This document shows positions 40,070 through 47,730 of a stretch of 63,123 nt of DNA, piece by piece; the first letter of the stretch is position 1; every line of letters begins with the position of its first letter. The stretch is taken from contig DASUWI010000041.1 in NCBI GenBank assembly GCA_036378495.1, positions 1-63,123 of the forward strand. Direction: 5' to 3'. Origin of the DNA: Candidatus Dormiibacterota bacterium. GTDB taxonomy: Bacteria; Chloroflexota; Dormibacteria; Aeolococcales; Aeolococcaceae. Under the pieces are notes generated by a model, which saw nothing but the letters and a program-made list of their open reading frames with translations, was not told where the DNA came from and ran no database searches. The translations under genes and the position numbers were made by a program.

Positions 40070-43000
40070 GTGACCAGGTCCGGCGATCGCCTCGCCCGGT
40101 TGGCCGGCCCGATGTCCCGTCACCCGGGACGGTTCGCCGTCGCAGGGATCCTCGTCGGGGTCCTCGGTGCCCTCGGCCTGTTTCGCTTCTCGGTCGATTC
40201 GGGGCAATCGCTGCTGGTCGGCAGCAGCTCGAGCGCGGGGCAGAGCTACGCGAGCTTCTCGCGCAGCTTCGGTTCCGACCCAATCGTGGTGGTGCTCTCG
40301 GCGCGCAATCCCACCGCTCCGTACCTGGAGACCAACCTCGAGAAGCTGGGCGCGCTGGAGATCGACCTGGCGCACGACCCGCGCGTGGCGTCGGTGCTCG
40401 GCCCGGGATCCGCCGCCGGCTCTCTGCGCCAGGCGGCGCTCGCCGAGGTCAGCAACGTGCTCGTCGAGTACCCGTACTTCGTCGCGGAGACCGATTACAT
40501 CGAGCAGCTGCAAGCGGGGAACACCGACCAGAACGCGCTCTCGCAGCGTCTGCAGACCGACATCACCGACGCGCGAGCGCTGCTCACGCTCTACGTCGTC
40601 AAGGCTGCCAGCGACGCACACAACGCGCGCGCCGCATACACACCGCAACCGGGTGACCGCGTCATCGACTCGCGCGAGAAAGCGGTGGACGCGGCCGTCG
40701 CTCAGGACCCGCTGCCGCCGCTCTGGGCGGAGTACCTCGCGGGTCCGGGACAGCCGACCGACCAGACCGAGGCGCGCGACTTCTTCGACCGCGTCACCGC
40801 CGCCTACGGTGACTGCGACGATCAGATCGCGGCGCTGCTGAAGATCACGCCGAGCTGCCAGGTCTTCTTCGAGCGCACGCTGCTCGACCTGCCCAACTGT
40901 CCCAAGACGGGCACCGGCCAGTTCTGCAGCCCCAAGTCGCAGTGGGCCGCGGTGCTGCCGGCGCCGGTGCCCGGCGGGGAGTCGCAGCAGATCATCACAG
41001 TCCGGCTGAAGCCGGACTACGTCGGGGGGCAGACAGTACCCGCCAAAGGCTGCAACAACCCGTGCAACGTGAGCACGCTGGTCGACAAGATCAACAGCGA
41101 GCTCGCGCACGGGATCGCCACCGACGCCTACACGCGGTCGCTGGGCTCGAGCTCGCTGGACACGCTGAAGAAGCTCGGGCCGCTGCAGCCCACCGAGTGC
41201 GGCGGCGCCACGCCCCAGGAGGACGCGGCGTGCAACTCGGCGTTCCACGACGCCCGCCTCCCGGAGACCATCGCCGGCGCACCGCTCCTGGCGCAGGGGG
41301 TGGTGCGGTCGATGACGCAGCTCCTTGCGATCCTGTTCCCGGTCGCGCTCGTGGTCATGCTCGTGATCCTGGTCGCGCTGTTCCGTGTTCGCGGCCGTGC
41401 CTGGCCGCTGCTCGCCGCCGTTGCGGCGACGGTGCTCACGGTCGGCATCGCGCTGCTGACCGGCACGCCGATCACGCCCGCCGTCCTCGCCGGCGTCCCG
41501 GTGCTCGTCGGCCTCGCCGTCGACTACGCGGTGCAGTTCGTGGCGCGCTTCGATCAGGAACGCGCGCGCGCCGCCGGCGGCGAGGCGGCGCTGCGCACGG
41601 TGCTCGAGCAGGCGGGGCGAGCGACCATGATCGCGGCGCTGGCCACGGTCGCCGGCCTGCTGGCGATGGCGCTGGTCAGCGGCATCGACGGTGGCCCGCT
41701 GGTCGCGGTGCCGCTGGTCGCGGAGTTCGCGCTCGTGCTGGTCGGCGGCGTGATCCTGGCATGGCTGGCGGGACTGTTCATCGCGCTGCCGCTGGCGGTC
41801 TGGTCCCGCCGGCAGGTGGTGGATGCCGCCGCAGAGACATCGCCGGCGCCTGCTCCGACGCCGTCGCGCACGCTCGCCATCGCCGACAGCTGGCGCGGGG
41901 TGGCGGCGCTGGCCGGACTCCTCGCCGTGGGCGGGTGGGTGGCCCTGCACTTCGTCCCGGTACAGACCGACGTGCAGCGCCTGGTCTCCTCGTCCCTGCC
42001 GGAGCTGGTGAACATCGAGACGGTGCAGGCGGAGACGGGCTACACCAACGAGGTCGACGTCTACGTCCAGGGCCAGGTGGCAGGTCCGTACGACCAGGCG
42101 GGGACCCCGCAGAACGTGCAGTGGCAGTGCCAGGTGGGCGCCGAGCTGCGTGCGGCGCACCGGGGCACGGTGGCCACCGCCACGTCGATCGCCGACTTCT
42201 TCATCGCCAGCACCAGCCAGACCACTCCCACAGGCGGACAGCTCTGCGTGCAGACCAGCCCGTCACCGTCACCGTCTCCGTCACCGAGCGCGTCGCCGTC
42301 ACCGAGCGCCGGCGCATCAGCGAGGCCCTCGGCCACGCCGTCGCCGAGCGCGACGCCCGCGGCCGCCGCCGGGACGCGCGGGGTGGCTCGGCTTGCGGCC
42401 AGCAGCGCGAGCCCGTCGGCGTCGCCGGCCTCCGGCGCCAGCCCGCGGGCATCGCCGTCAGCCTCGCCCGGGGCGTCGCCGGCGCCGTCGGCGGCCGCGT
42501 CATCGACACCCAGTCCGGGCGCGCAGTCGACGCCGAAGCAGCAGACGCGCTTCCTCTGCGAGCTGCGGCTGTTCCCGCTCCTCTCGCGCGTGCTCGTGGG
42601 GCCGATCTCGCCCGACACGCAGCCGTGCCCGCCCATCGACGAGTTCCAGCAGCGCTTCATCACCACCGACGGGTCGCCGATCGACCCCAGCGCGGGGCGT
42701 ATCGCGCTCGGGGTCCGCGCCGGGTCGGTGGCCGACGAGGCCCGGCTGGTCGACGAGATCGCCGGAGAGGTGGGCACGCCGCCCAACGGGATGGTGGCGC
42801 GGCCGGCCGGGCTCGCCGTGCTGGCCACCACGGCGTACGACAACCTGAACAACCGCGCGTACCTGCTCAACCTGGTGCCCATCGCCGCGGTGGCGCTCGC
42901 GCTCTTCGCCGTCTATCGCGAACGGCGCCGGGCGCTGCTCCCGCTCCTGCCCGCGGTGCTGGCGGCGGGCTGGGCGCCGCTGGTCCTGCTCGTTCTCGGC

Positions 43001-43732
43001 CGCCTGCCCGGCGACGCCGGGGCGACGCTCGGGTCGTTCAACCCGCTGACAGTCGTGCTCGGTGGCCTCGTGATCGCGCTGGGAACGGAGTTCGGGGTGA
43101 TGCTGCTCAGCCGGTTCTACGAGGCCCGGCGCCGCGGGCTCGATCCCGACGCCGCGGCCGGGGACGCCGTCACCGGTGTGGGACGGCCGATCGCGATCTC
43201 GGCGCTCACGCTGGGGGCCGGCTTCGCCGTGCTGGCGCTCAGCGGGGTCTTCCCGAATGCGTTTCCGCTGATCGCCGCGTTCGGCCTCGACGTCGTCATC
43301 GACCTCGGGCTGGCCGTCGCGGCGGTCTTCCTGGTCATGCTGCCGCTGGCCGTCGCGCTGGAGCGGAGCTCGCCGCTGGTCACGGCTGTCGAGGCTCCGG
43401 TGGCCCCGGCTGTAGTGCCGGCGGCGGCCCCGGCTGCAGCCCCGCGCCGACGCACGCCCGCGCGACAGAGACGGGCTCTCACGCACGCGGACACTGCGGG
43501 GACCGAGACCGAAGCACCCATCCCGGCTGAGCCCGAACCGGAACCTGCCGCCTCCGCGGAGCCGGCGGAGCCGGCACCCTCGGAGCGGATGCCGGGCGGC
43601 CGCCACCGGCCGGGCGTCTCGGGGCGCAAGCGAACCGCCGCGTCGGATACCGGCTCCAACCAGCCACAGGGCAAGCGACGCCCCGGGGTGTCCGGGAGGC
43701 GCCGTGGCGGCCGCAGGCCGCCGAGCAGCTGA
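40070..43732 (+). CDS. Very large MMPL/RND-superfamily membrane transporter-like protein (1220 aa)
   Basis: GTG starts 15 nt after the mceF stop. The N-terminus is MMPL/HpnN-like (GRFAVAGILVGVLGALGLFRFSVDSG...SFGSDPIVVVL). It has two 5-6-TM bundles (GLAVDYAVQF; ALGTEFGVMLLSRF), expanded loops and a basic disordered tail. Confidence 0.8.
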   Translation: MTRSGDRLARLAGPMSRHPGRFAVAGILVGVLGALGLFRFSVDSGQSLLVGSSSSAGQSYASFSRSFGSDPIVVVLSARNPTAPYLETNLEKLGALEIDLAHDPRVASVLGPGSAAGSLRQAALAEVSNVLVEYPYFVAETDYIEQLQAGNTDQNALSQRLQTDITDARALLTLYVVKAASDAHNARAAYTPQPGDRVIDSREKAVDAAVAQDPLPPLWAEYLAGPGQPTDQTEARDFFDRVTAAYGDCDDQIAALLKITPSCQVFFERTLLDLPNCPKTGTGQFCSPKSQWAAVLPAPVPGGESQQIITVRLKPDYVGGQTVPAKGCNNPCNVSTLVDKINSELAHGIATDAYTRSLGSSSLDTLKKLGPLQPTECGGATPQEDAACNSAFHDARLPETIAGAPLLAQGVVRSMTQLLAILFPVALVVMLVILVALFRVRGRAWPLLAAVAATVLTVGIALLTGTPITPAVLAGVPVLVGLAVDYAVQFVARFDQERARAAGGEAALRTVLEQAGRATMIAALATVAGLLAMALVSGIDGGPLVAVPLVAEFALVLVGGVILAWLAGLFIALPLAVWSRRQVVDAAAETSPAPAPTPSRTLAIADSWRGVAALAGLLAVGGWVALHFVPVQTDVQRLVSSSLPELVNIETVQAETGYTNEVDVYVQGQVAGPYDQAGTPQNVQWQCQVGAELRAAHRGTVATATSIADFFIASTSQTTPTGGQLCVQTSPSPSPSPSPSASPSPSAGASARPSATPSPSATPAAAAGTRGVARLAASSASPSASPASGASPRASPSASPGASPAPSAAASSTPSPGAQSTPKQQTRFLCELRLFPLLSRVLVGPISPDTQPCPPIDEFQQRFITTDGSPIDPSAGRIALGVRAGSVADEARLVDEIAGEVGTPPNGMVARPAGLAVLATTAYDNLNNRAYLLNLVPIAAVALALFAVYRERRRALLPLLPAVLAAGWAPLVLLVLGRLPGDAGATLGSFNPLTVVLGGLVIALGTEFGVMLLSRFYEARRRGLDPDAAAGDAVTGVGRPIAISALTLGAGFAVLALSGVFPNAFPLIAAFGLDVVIDLGLAVAAVFLVMLPLAVALERSSPLVTAVEAPVAPAVVPAAAPAAAPRRRTPARQRRALTHADTAGTETEAPIPAEPEPEPAASAEPAEPAPSERMPGGRHRPGVSGRKRTAASDTGSNQPQGKRRPGVSGRRRGGRRPPSS

Positions 43733-43742
43733 TCCTGCGGGC

Positions 43743-44261
43743 TCAGCCGCGCAGCGCGCCGGCCGCGCCCGCGAGCACGAGCAGCGCGCCGGCCACCGCC
43801 GCGTAGGGCAGCAGCGCCAGCGCGAACGCGTTGACCGTGGGAATGTCGTACACGCGGCGCACCACGCGGATCGTCAGCGCCAGGAACCACAGCAGGACCG
43901 GGAGCGTCAGCCACGTCAGCGCCACCGCGAGTGCGGAGCCCGAGCCGAGCCAGCGAGCGGCGGCCGCCTCCCCGAGCGCCACGAGCGAGTACGTGATCCA
44001 GGTGAGAAACGGCCGGCCGCTCGCCGCGAGGACGTCACGGCGGCGTCCCGAGACCCCGAGCATCCCGGCGCCGGCGTCGATGAGCCAGGCCTGGATGCCC
44101 CAGTACGCCAGGAACAGCAGGGGCAGCAGCAGCGACGGCACAATCCCCGACGCGCCGCTGCGGTCGACCACCGCGGTGCATACCCCGATGCCGGCGGCGA
44201 CGCAGCCGCTTCCGGCCACGATCGCTCCTGCGGGGGCCAGCGGGCGCCGGGGCGTCAGCAC
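43743..44261 (-). CDS. Integral membrane protein (possibly Yip1-like), start uncertain
   Basis: 4-5 hydrophobic helices (LLLPLLFLAYWGIQAWLI, FLTWITYSLVAL, LAVALTWLTLPVLLWFLALTI, FALALLPYAAVAGALLVLAGA). The longer ORF would overlap the + strand lipoprotein gene. Confidence 0.4.
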   Translation of the reverse strand: MLTPRRPLAPAGAIVAGSGCVAAGIGVCTAVVDRSGASGIVPSLLLPLLFLAYWGIQAWLIDAGAGMLGVSGRRRDVLAASGRPFLTWITYSLVALGEAAAARWLGSGSALAVALTWLTLPVLLWFLALTIRVVRRVYDIPTVNAFALALLPYAAVAGALLVLAGAAGALRG

Positions 44262-44396
44262 TCCCGCTGAAGTCAGCGAGCCGCGACGCCACCGGCTGGA
44301 TGCGCGCACAGGAGACACCGTATCGGATCGCCGTCGGACGTCAGACGTCTGCGCCACACGCACGTCACGGCCCTGGCGGCGGGAGACAATGACCGC

Positions 44397-44978
44397 ATGC
44401 CCGGCCTTCGCAGCATCAGCGCCGGAGCTGCTCTCGCGGGTGGGCTCGCCGGGCTGCTGCTGAGCGGATGCGGTGCCGCTCCGGCGGGCACGTTCACCGC
44501 CCATGCCAGCGCGGCGCCGTCGGGAGGCCTGCCCGCGCAGGGGTCGGGCTGCGTGTCGCAGTCCGAGGCGATGCGGATCTGGACGGACATCAACGATGCA
44601 ACCGACGCCATGGAGGCGGACCCGAAGGCCGCGATGCCGTCCGTCTTCACCAGCGGCGCGGCGCTTGCGGCGGTGCAGCAATATCTCGCGCAGCAGCTCG
44701 TGGCCAACAACTGGACCGAGCACGAGGTCGACCGTCTCGACGCGCTCAGCATCGTCGACGCCGGGTGCAACAACGGCACGCTGCAGCTGCACGTGACGAT
44801 TACCGTGGTGACCGACGAATACCTCACGGCCAACGGACAGGTGGACCACCACGACACGTCCGAGGGGCAGCAGGCGCACCTCAGCAACTCGTACGTGCGC
44901 TTCGGCGGCAAGTGGAAGGAGACCGAGCTCCTGGACCTGGATCAGGCGACGCCGGCGCCAAGCGGGCCGATCATCTGA
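44397..44978 (+). CDS. Lipoprotein of unknown function
   Basis: Signal peptide with lipobox GLAGLLLSGC, then a 165-aa mature domain. Confidence 0.65.
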   Translation: MPGLRSISAGAALAGGLAGLLLSGCGAAPAGTFTAHASAAPSGGLPAQGSGCVSQSEAMRIWTDINDATDAMEADPKAAMPSVFTSGAALAAVQQYLAQQLVANNWTEHEVDRLDALSIVDAGCNNGTLQLHVTITVVTDEYLTANGQVDHHDTSEGQQAHLSNSYVRFGGKWKETELLDLDQATPAPSGPII

Positions 44979-44999
44979 GCCGAGTCCCGGCGTTCGGGT

Positions 45000-45030
45000 T
45001 GGTATACTGCTGGTAAGGTCAGATTGACCT
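45000..45030 (+). promoter_or_regulatory. Candidate nadA promoter (extended -10 TGgTATACT) with adjacent palindromic operator AGGTCA-GAT-TGACCT
   Basis: TG at 45000-45001 and TATACT at 45003-45008. The perfect 6+6 inverted repeat at 45016-45030 begins 7 nt after the -10. GGGAG RBS precedes GTG 45083. Confidence 0.5.
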
Positions 45031-45082
45031 AAACCCTGGCCCACGGCGGCTCAGCGCGGGTGGGCGGACCTGGGAGTGAACA

Positions 45083-46066
45083 GTGGCCACGGTTGCGGCG
45101 GTTGGGACACACCTGCAGACGCGGATCAACCAGCTGCGTCGCGAGCGCAACGCGGTCATCCTCGCGCACAACTACCAGCTGCCGGAGGTGCAGGACGTCG
45201 CCGATTTCGTGGGCGACTCGCTGGGCCTCTCGCAGCAGGCGGCCGCCACCGGCGCCGACACCATCGTGTTCTGCGGCGTGCACTTCATGGCCGAGACCGC
45301 AGCCATCCTGTCGCCGGGCAAGACGGTGCTCCTGCCCGACCTCGAGGCCGGCTGCTCGCTGGCCGGCACCATCACCGCAGAGCAGCTGTGCGCCTGGCGC
45401 GCCGAGCACCCCGGCGCCGTCGTGGTGTCCTACGTCAACACGAGCGCGGAGGTGAAGGCGGAATCCGACTACTGCTGCACCTCGTCCAACGCGGAGGCGG
45501 TGATCCGCAGCATCCCCGCGGACCGCGAGATCCTCTTCTGCCCGGACATGTTCCTCGGCGCCCACCTCGAGCGCGTCACCGGGCGGCGCATGCGCGTATG
45601 GATGGGCGAGTGCCATGTCCACGCGGGCATCGATGCAGACGGGCTTGCGGCGCAGCGCCGCGCCCATCCGTCGGCCGAGCTGCTCATCCATCCCGAGTGC
45701 GGCTGCACCTCGTCGACGCTGTACCGCATGTCGTCGGGCGACCTCGAGGGCCCGGCCACGGTGGTGACCTCCACCGAGGGCATGGTGCGGCGTGCGGTGG
45801 CCTCACCGGCGACGAGCTTCATCGTCGCCACCGAGGTGGGGATCATGCATCGGATGCAGCAGCTCGCCCCCGGCAAGCGGTTCATCGCCGCCAGCGAGGC
45901 CGCGGTGTGCCAGTACATGAAGCGGATCACGCTGGACAAGGTTCACCTCGCCCTGGAGCGCATGGCACCCCGGGTCACGGTCGAGCCGCTGATCGCCGAG
46001 CGTGCCCGGCATGCCATCGATCGCATGCTCGCCGTGGGAGCCCCGAACGCAGCAACCGCCCACTGA
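45083..46066 (+). CDS. nadA: Quinolinate synthase NadA
   Basis: ILAHNYQLPEVQDVADFVGDSL, FCGVHFMAETA, VSYVNTSAEVKA, HPECGC, VATEVGIMHRM are all NadA signatures. GTG start. Confidence 0.95.
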   Translation: MATVAAVGTHLQTRINQLRRERNAVILAHNYQLPEVQDVADFVGDSLGLSQQAAATGADTIVFCGVHFMAETAAILSPGKTVLLPDLEAGCSLAGTITAEQLCAWRAEHPGAVVVSYVNTSAEVKAESDYCCTSSNAEAVIRSIPADREILFCPDMFLGAHLERVTGRRMRVWMGECHVHAGIDADGLAAQRRAHPSAELLIHPECGCTSSTLYRMSSGDLEGPATVVTSTEGMVRRAVASPATSFIVATEVGIMHRMQQLAPGKRFIAASEAAVCQYMKRITLDKVHLALERMAPRVTVEPLIAERARHAIDRMLAVGAPNAATAH

Positions 46067-46095
46067 TCGGGGCAGCCGCCGTTACGATTCGCGGG

Positions 46096-47634
46096 GTGTC
46101 GGACCCGCTCGTGCTGGCCGTCGACCAGGGGACCTCGGGGACGACGTGTCTCCTCGTGACCCCGAACGCCGAGGTTGCGGGACGCTCCTACTGCGAGGTC
46201 CCGGTGGCATATCCCCGCGACGGCTGGGTGGAGCAGGACCCCATCGCGCTGTGGCAGTCGGTGCAGCGTGCGGTCGCAGACGTGCTCGGTCAGGACGAGC
46301 GCCCGCCGGCGGCGCTCGGGATCACCAACCAGCGCGAGACCCTTGTGGTGTTCGACCGCCGTACGCTCGCGCCCCTGGCTCCGGCGATCGTGTGGCAGTG
46401 CCGGCGCAGTGCGGAGATCTGCGCGGAGCACCGCGATCGCGGCGAGGAGGAGCTGCTGCACCGCCGCACCGGCCTCCTGCTCGACCCCTACTTCACGGCG
46501 ACCAAGATCGAATGGCTGCTGCGCGCACGCCCTGAGCTTCGGGCTCGGGCGGAGCGCGGCGAGATCTGCGCCAGCACCGTCGACGGGTGGCTACTGGCGC
46601 AGCTCACCCGGGGGCGGGAGGTCGCGGTGGACGCGAGCAACGCGAGCCGCACCCTGCTCTACGACCTCGAGCGGGGCGCGTTCGATGCCGAGCTCTGCGA
46701 GCTCTTCGGGGTACCGCCGGCGATGCTGCCCGGGATCCGCGACAGCGCCGGCATCAGCGCGGAGACCGACGCCGAGGTGTTCTGCGGCCTCCGTATCCCA
46801 GTCGCGGGCGTGGCCGGCGACCAGCAGGCGGCGCTGTTCGGCCAGGCCTGCGTTCACACGGGCATGTGCAAGAACACCTATGGCACCGGGTCGTTCGTGC
46901 TCACCAACGTGGGCGCGGAGCCGCCGCGGGCGTCGCCGGGGGTGGTGGCCACCGTCGCGTGGCGCCTGCAGGGCGCCGACACGTTCGCGCTCGAGGGCAG
47001 CATCTTCGTCACCGGCGCCGCGCTCCGCTGGCTGGTACGCATCGGTCTCCTCGATGCCCCGGAACAGGCCGAGGCGCTCTTCGCCTCGGTGCCCGACGCG
47101 GCGGGCTGCTACTTCGTCCCTGCGCTCACCGGCCTCGGCGCACCGTGGTGGGACCCGGACGCCCGCGGCGCGTTCCTGGGGCTCACCGGCGCGGTGACCA
47201 GGGCGCACCTGGTCCGCGCCGTCGTCGAGGCGATGGCCTTCCGCACGCGCGACGTGGTCGAGGCGATGGAGGCGAGCTCAGGTGTCCCCTTCTCCGAGCT
47301 GCGCGTCGACGGGGGCGCCAGCCGTCTCGACTGCCTCTGCCAGTTCCAGGCGGACCTCCTCGGGATTCCTGTCACGCGCGCAGCCTCGGTCGAGGCGACA
47401 GCACTGGGCGCCGGCCTGCTGGCGGCGCTCGGCGCCGGCCTGATCGACGGCGTCGATGCCGTGGAGCGCTCCTGGAGACCGGGGCGACGATTCGAGCCGG
47501 CCACGCCCGGCAGCCGCCCCGACCAGGCGTATGCGGGATGGCTGCGCGCGCTGCAGCGGGTGCGCTCGGGCGCAGACGGCGGCAAAAGGAAAAGACCGGA
47601 GAGCAAGCTCTCCGGCCTTTCAGGAAGGGAATGA
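46096..47634 (+). CDS. glpK: Glycerol kinase GlpK
   Basis: LAVDQGTSGT, EQDPIALW, GITNQRETLVVFD, AIVWQCRR, DPYFTATKIEW, GDQQAALFGQ, KNTYGTGSF, VDGGAS. GTG start. Confidence 0.9.
   Translation: MSDPLVLAVDQGTSGTTCLLVTPNAEVAGRSYCEVPVAYPRDGWVEQDPIALWQSVQRAVADVLGQDERPPAALGITNQRETLVVFDRRTLAPLAPAIVWQCRRSAEICAEHRDRGEEELLHRRTGLLLDPYFTATKIEWLLRARPELRARAERGEICASTVDGWLLAQLTRGREVAVDASNASRTLLYDLERGAFDAELCELFGVPPAMLPGIRDSAGISAETDAEVFCGLRIPVAGVAGDQQAALFGQACVHTGMCKNTYGTGSFVLTNVGAEPPRASPGVVATVAWRLQGADTFALEGSIFVTGAALRWLVRIGLLDAPEQAEALFASVPDAAGCYFVPALTGLGAPWWDPDARGAFLGLTGAVTRAHLVRAVVEAMAFRTRDVVEAMEASSGVPFSELRVDGGASRLDCLCQFQADLLGIPVTRAASVEATALGAGLLAALGAGLIDGVDAVERSWRPGRRFEPATPGSRPDQAYAGWLRALQRVRSGADGGKRKRPESKLSGLSGRE
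47596..47621 (+). terminator. Stem-loop CCGGAGAGC-AA-GCTCTCCGG followed by CCTTTC, embedded in the last codons of glpK
   Basis: Perfect 9-bp stem ending 16 nt before the TGA at 47632. The U-tract is weak, and a further T-rich stretch (GAGTTTCTTTGTGG) follows the stop. Confidence 0.4.
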
Positions 47635-47730
47635 GTTTCTTTGTGGTGCGGGACTGTGGTCTCCGCGAGGCTCACTGTAATCAGTGCCGGTGACGATTGC
47701 AGTAAAGGCGGCATGAATCTTTGTAAATAG

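Noticed and set aside
39944-42160. Very long antisense ORFs, for example 39944-42160(-), 23703-25151(-), 49596-51995(-), 1071-2237(-), 55809-57185(-) and 33696-34835(-).
   Set aside because: They lie opposite genes with strong family signatures. Their translations are Arg/Gly/Pro/Ala-rich with no motifs. Such 'shadow' ORFs are expected at about 70% G+C, where stop codons are rare.
43743-45044. A 433-aa minus-strand ORF spanning the membrane-protein gene and the lipoprotein region.
   Set aside because: Only the C-terminal about 170 aa are hydrophobic-helix-like. The upstream part overlaps a plus-strand ORF that has a clean signal peptide and lipobox, so I truncated it to 43743-44261.
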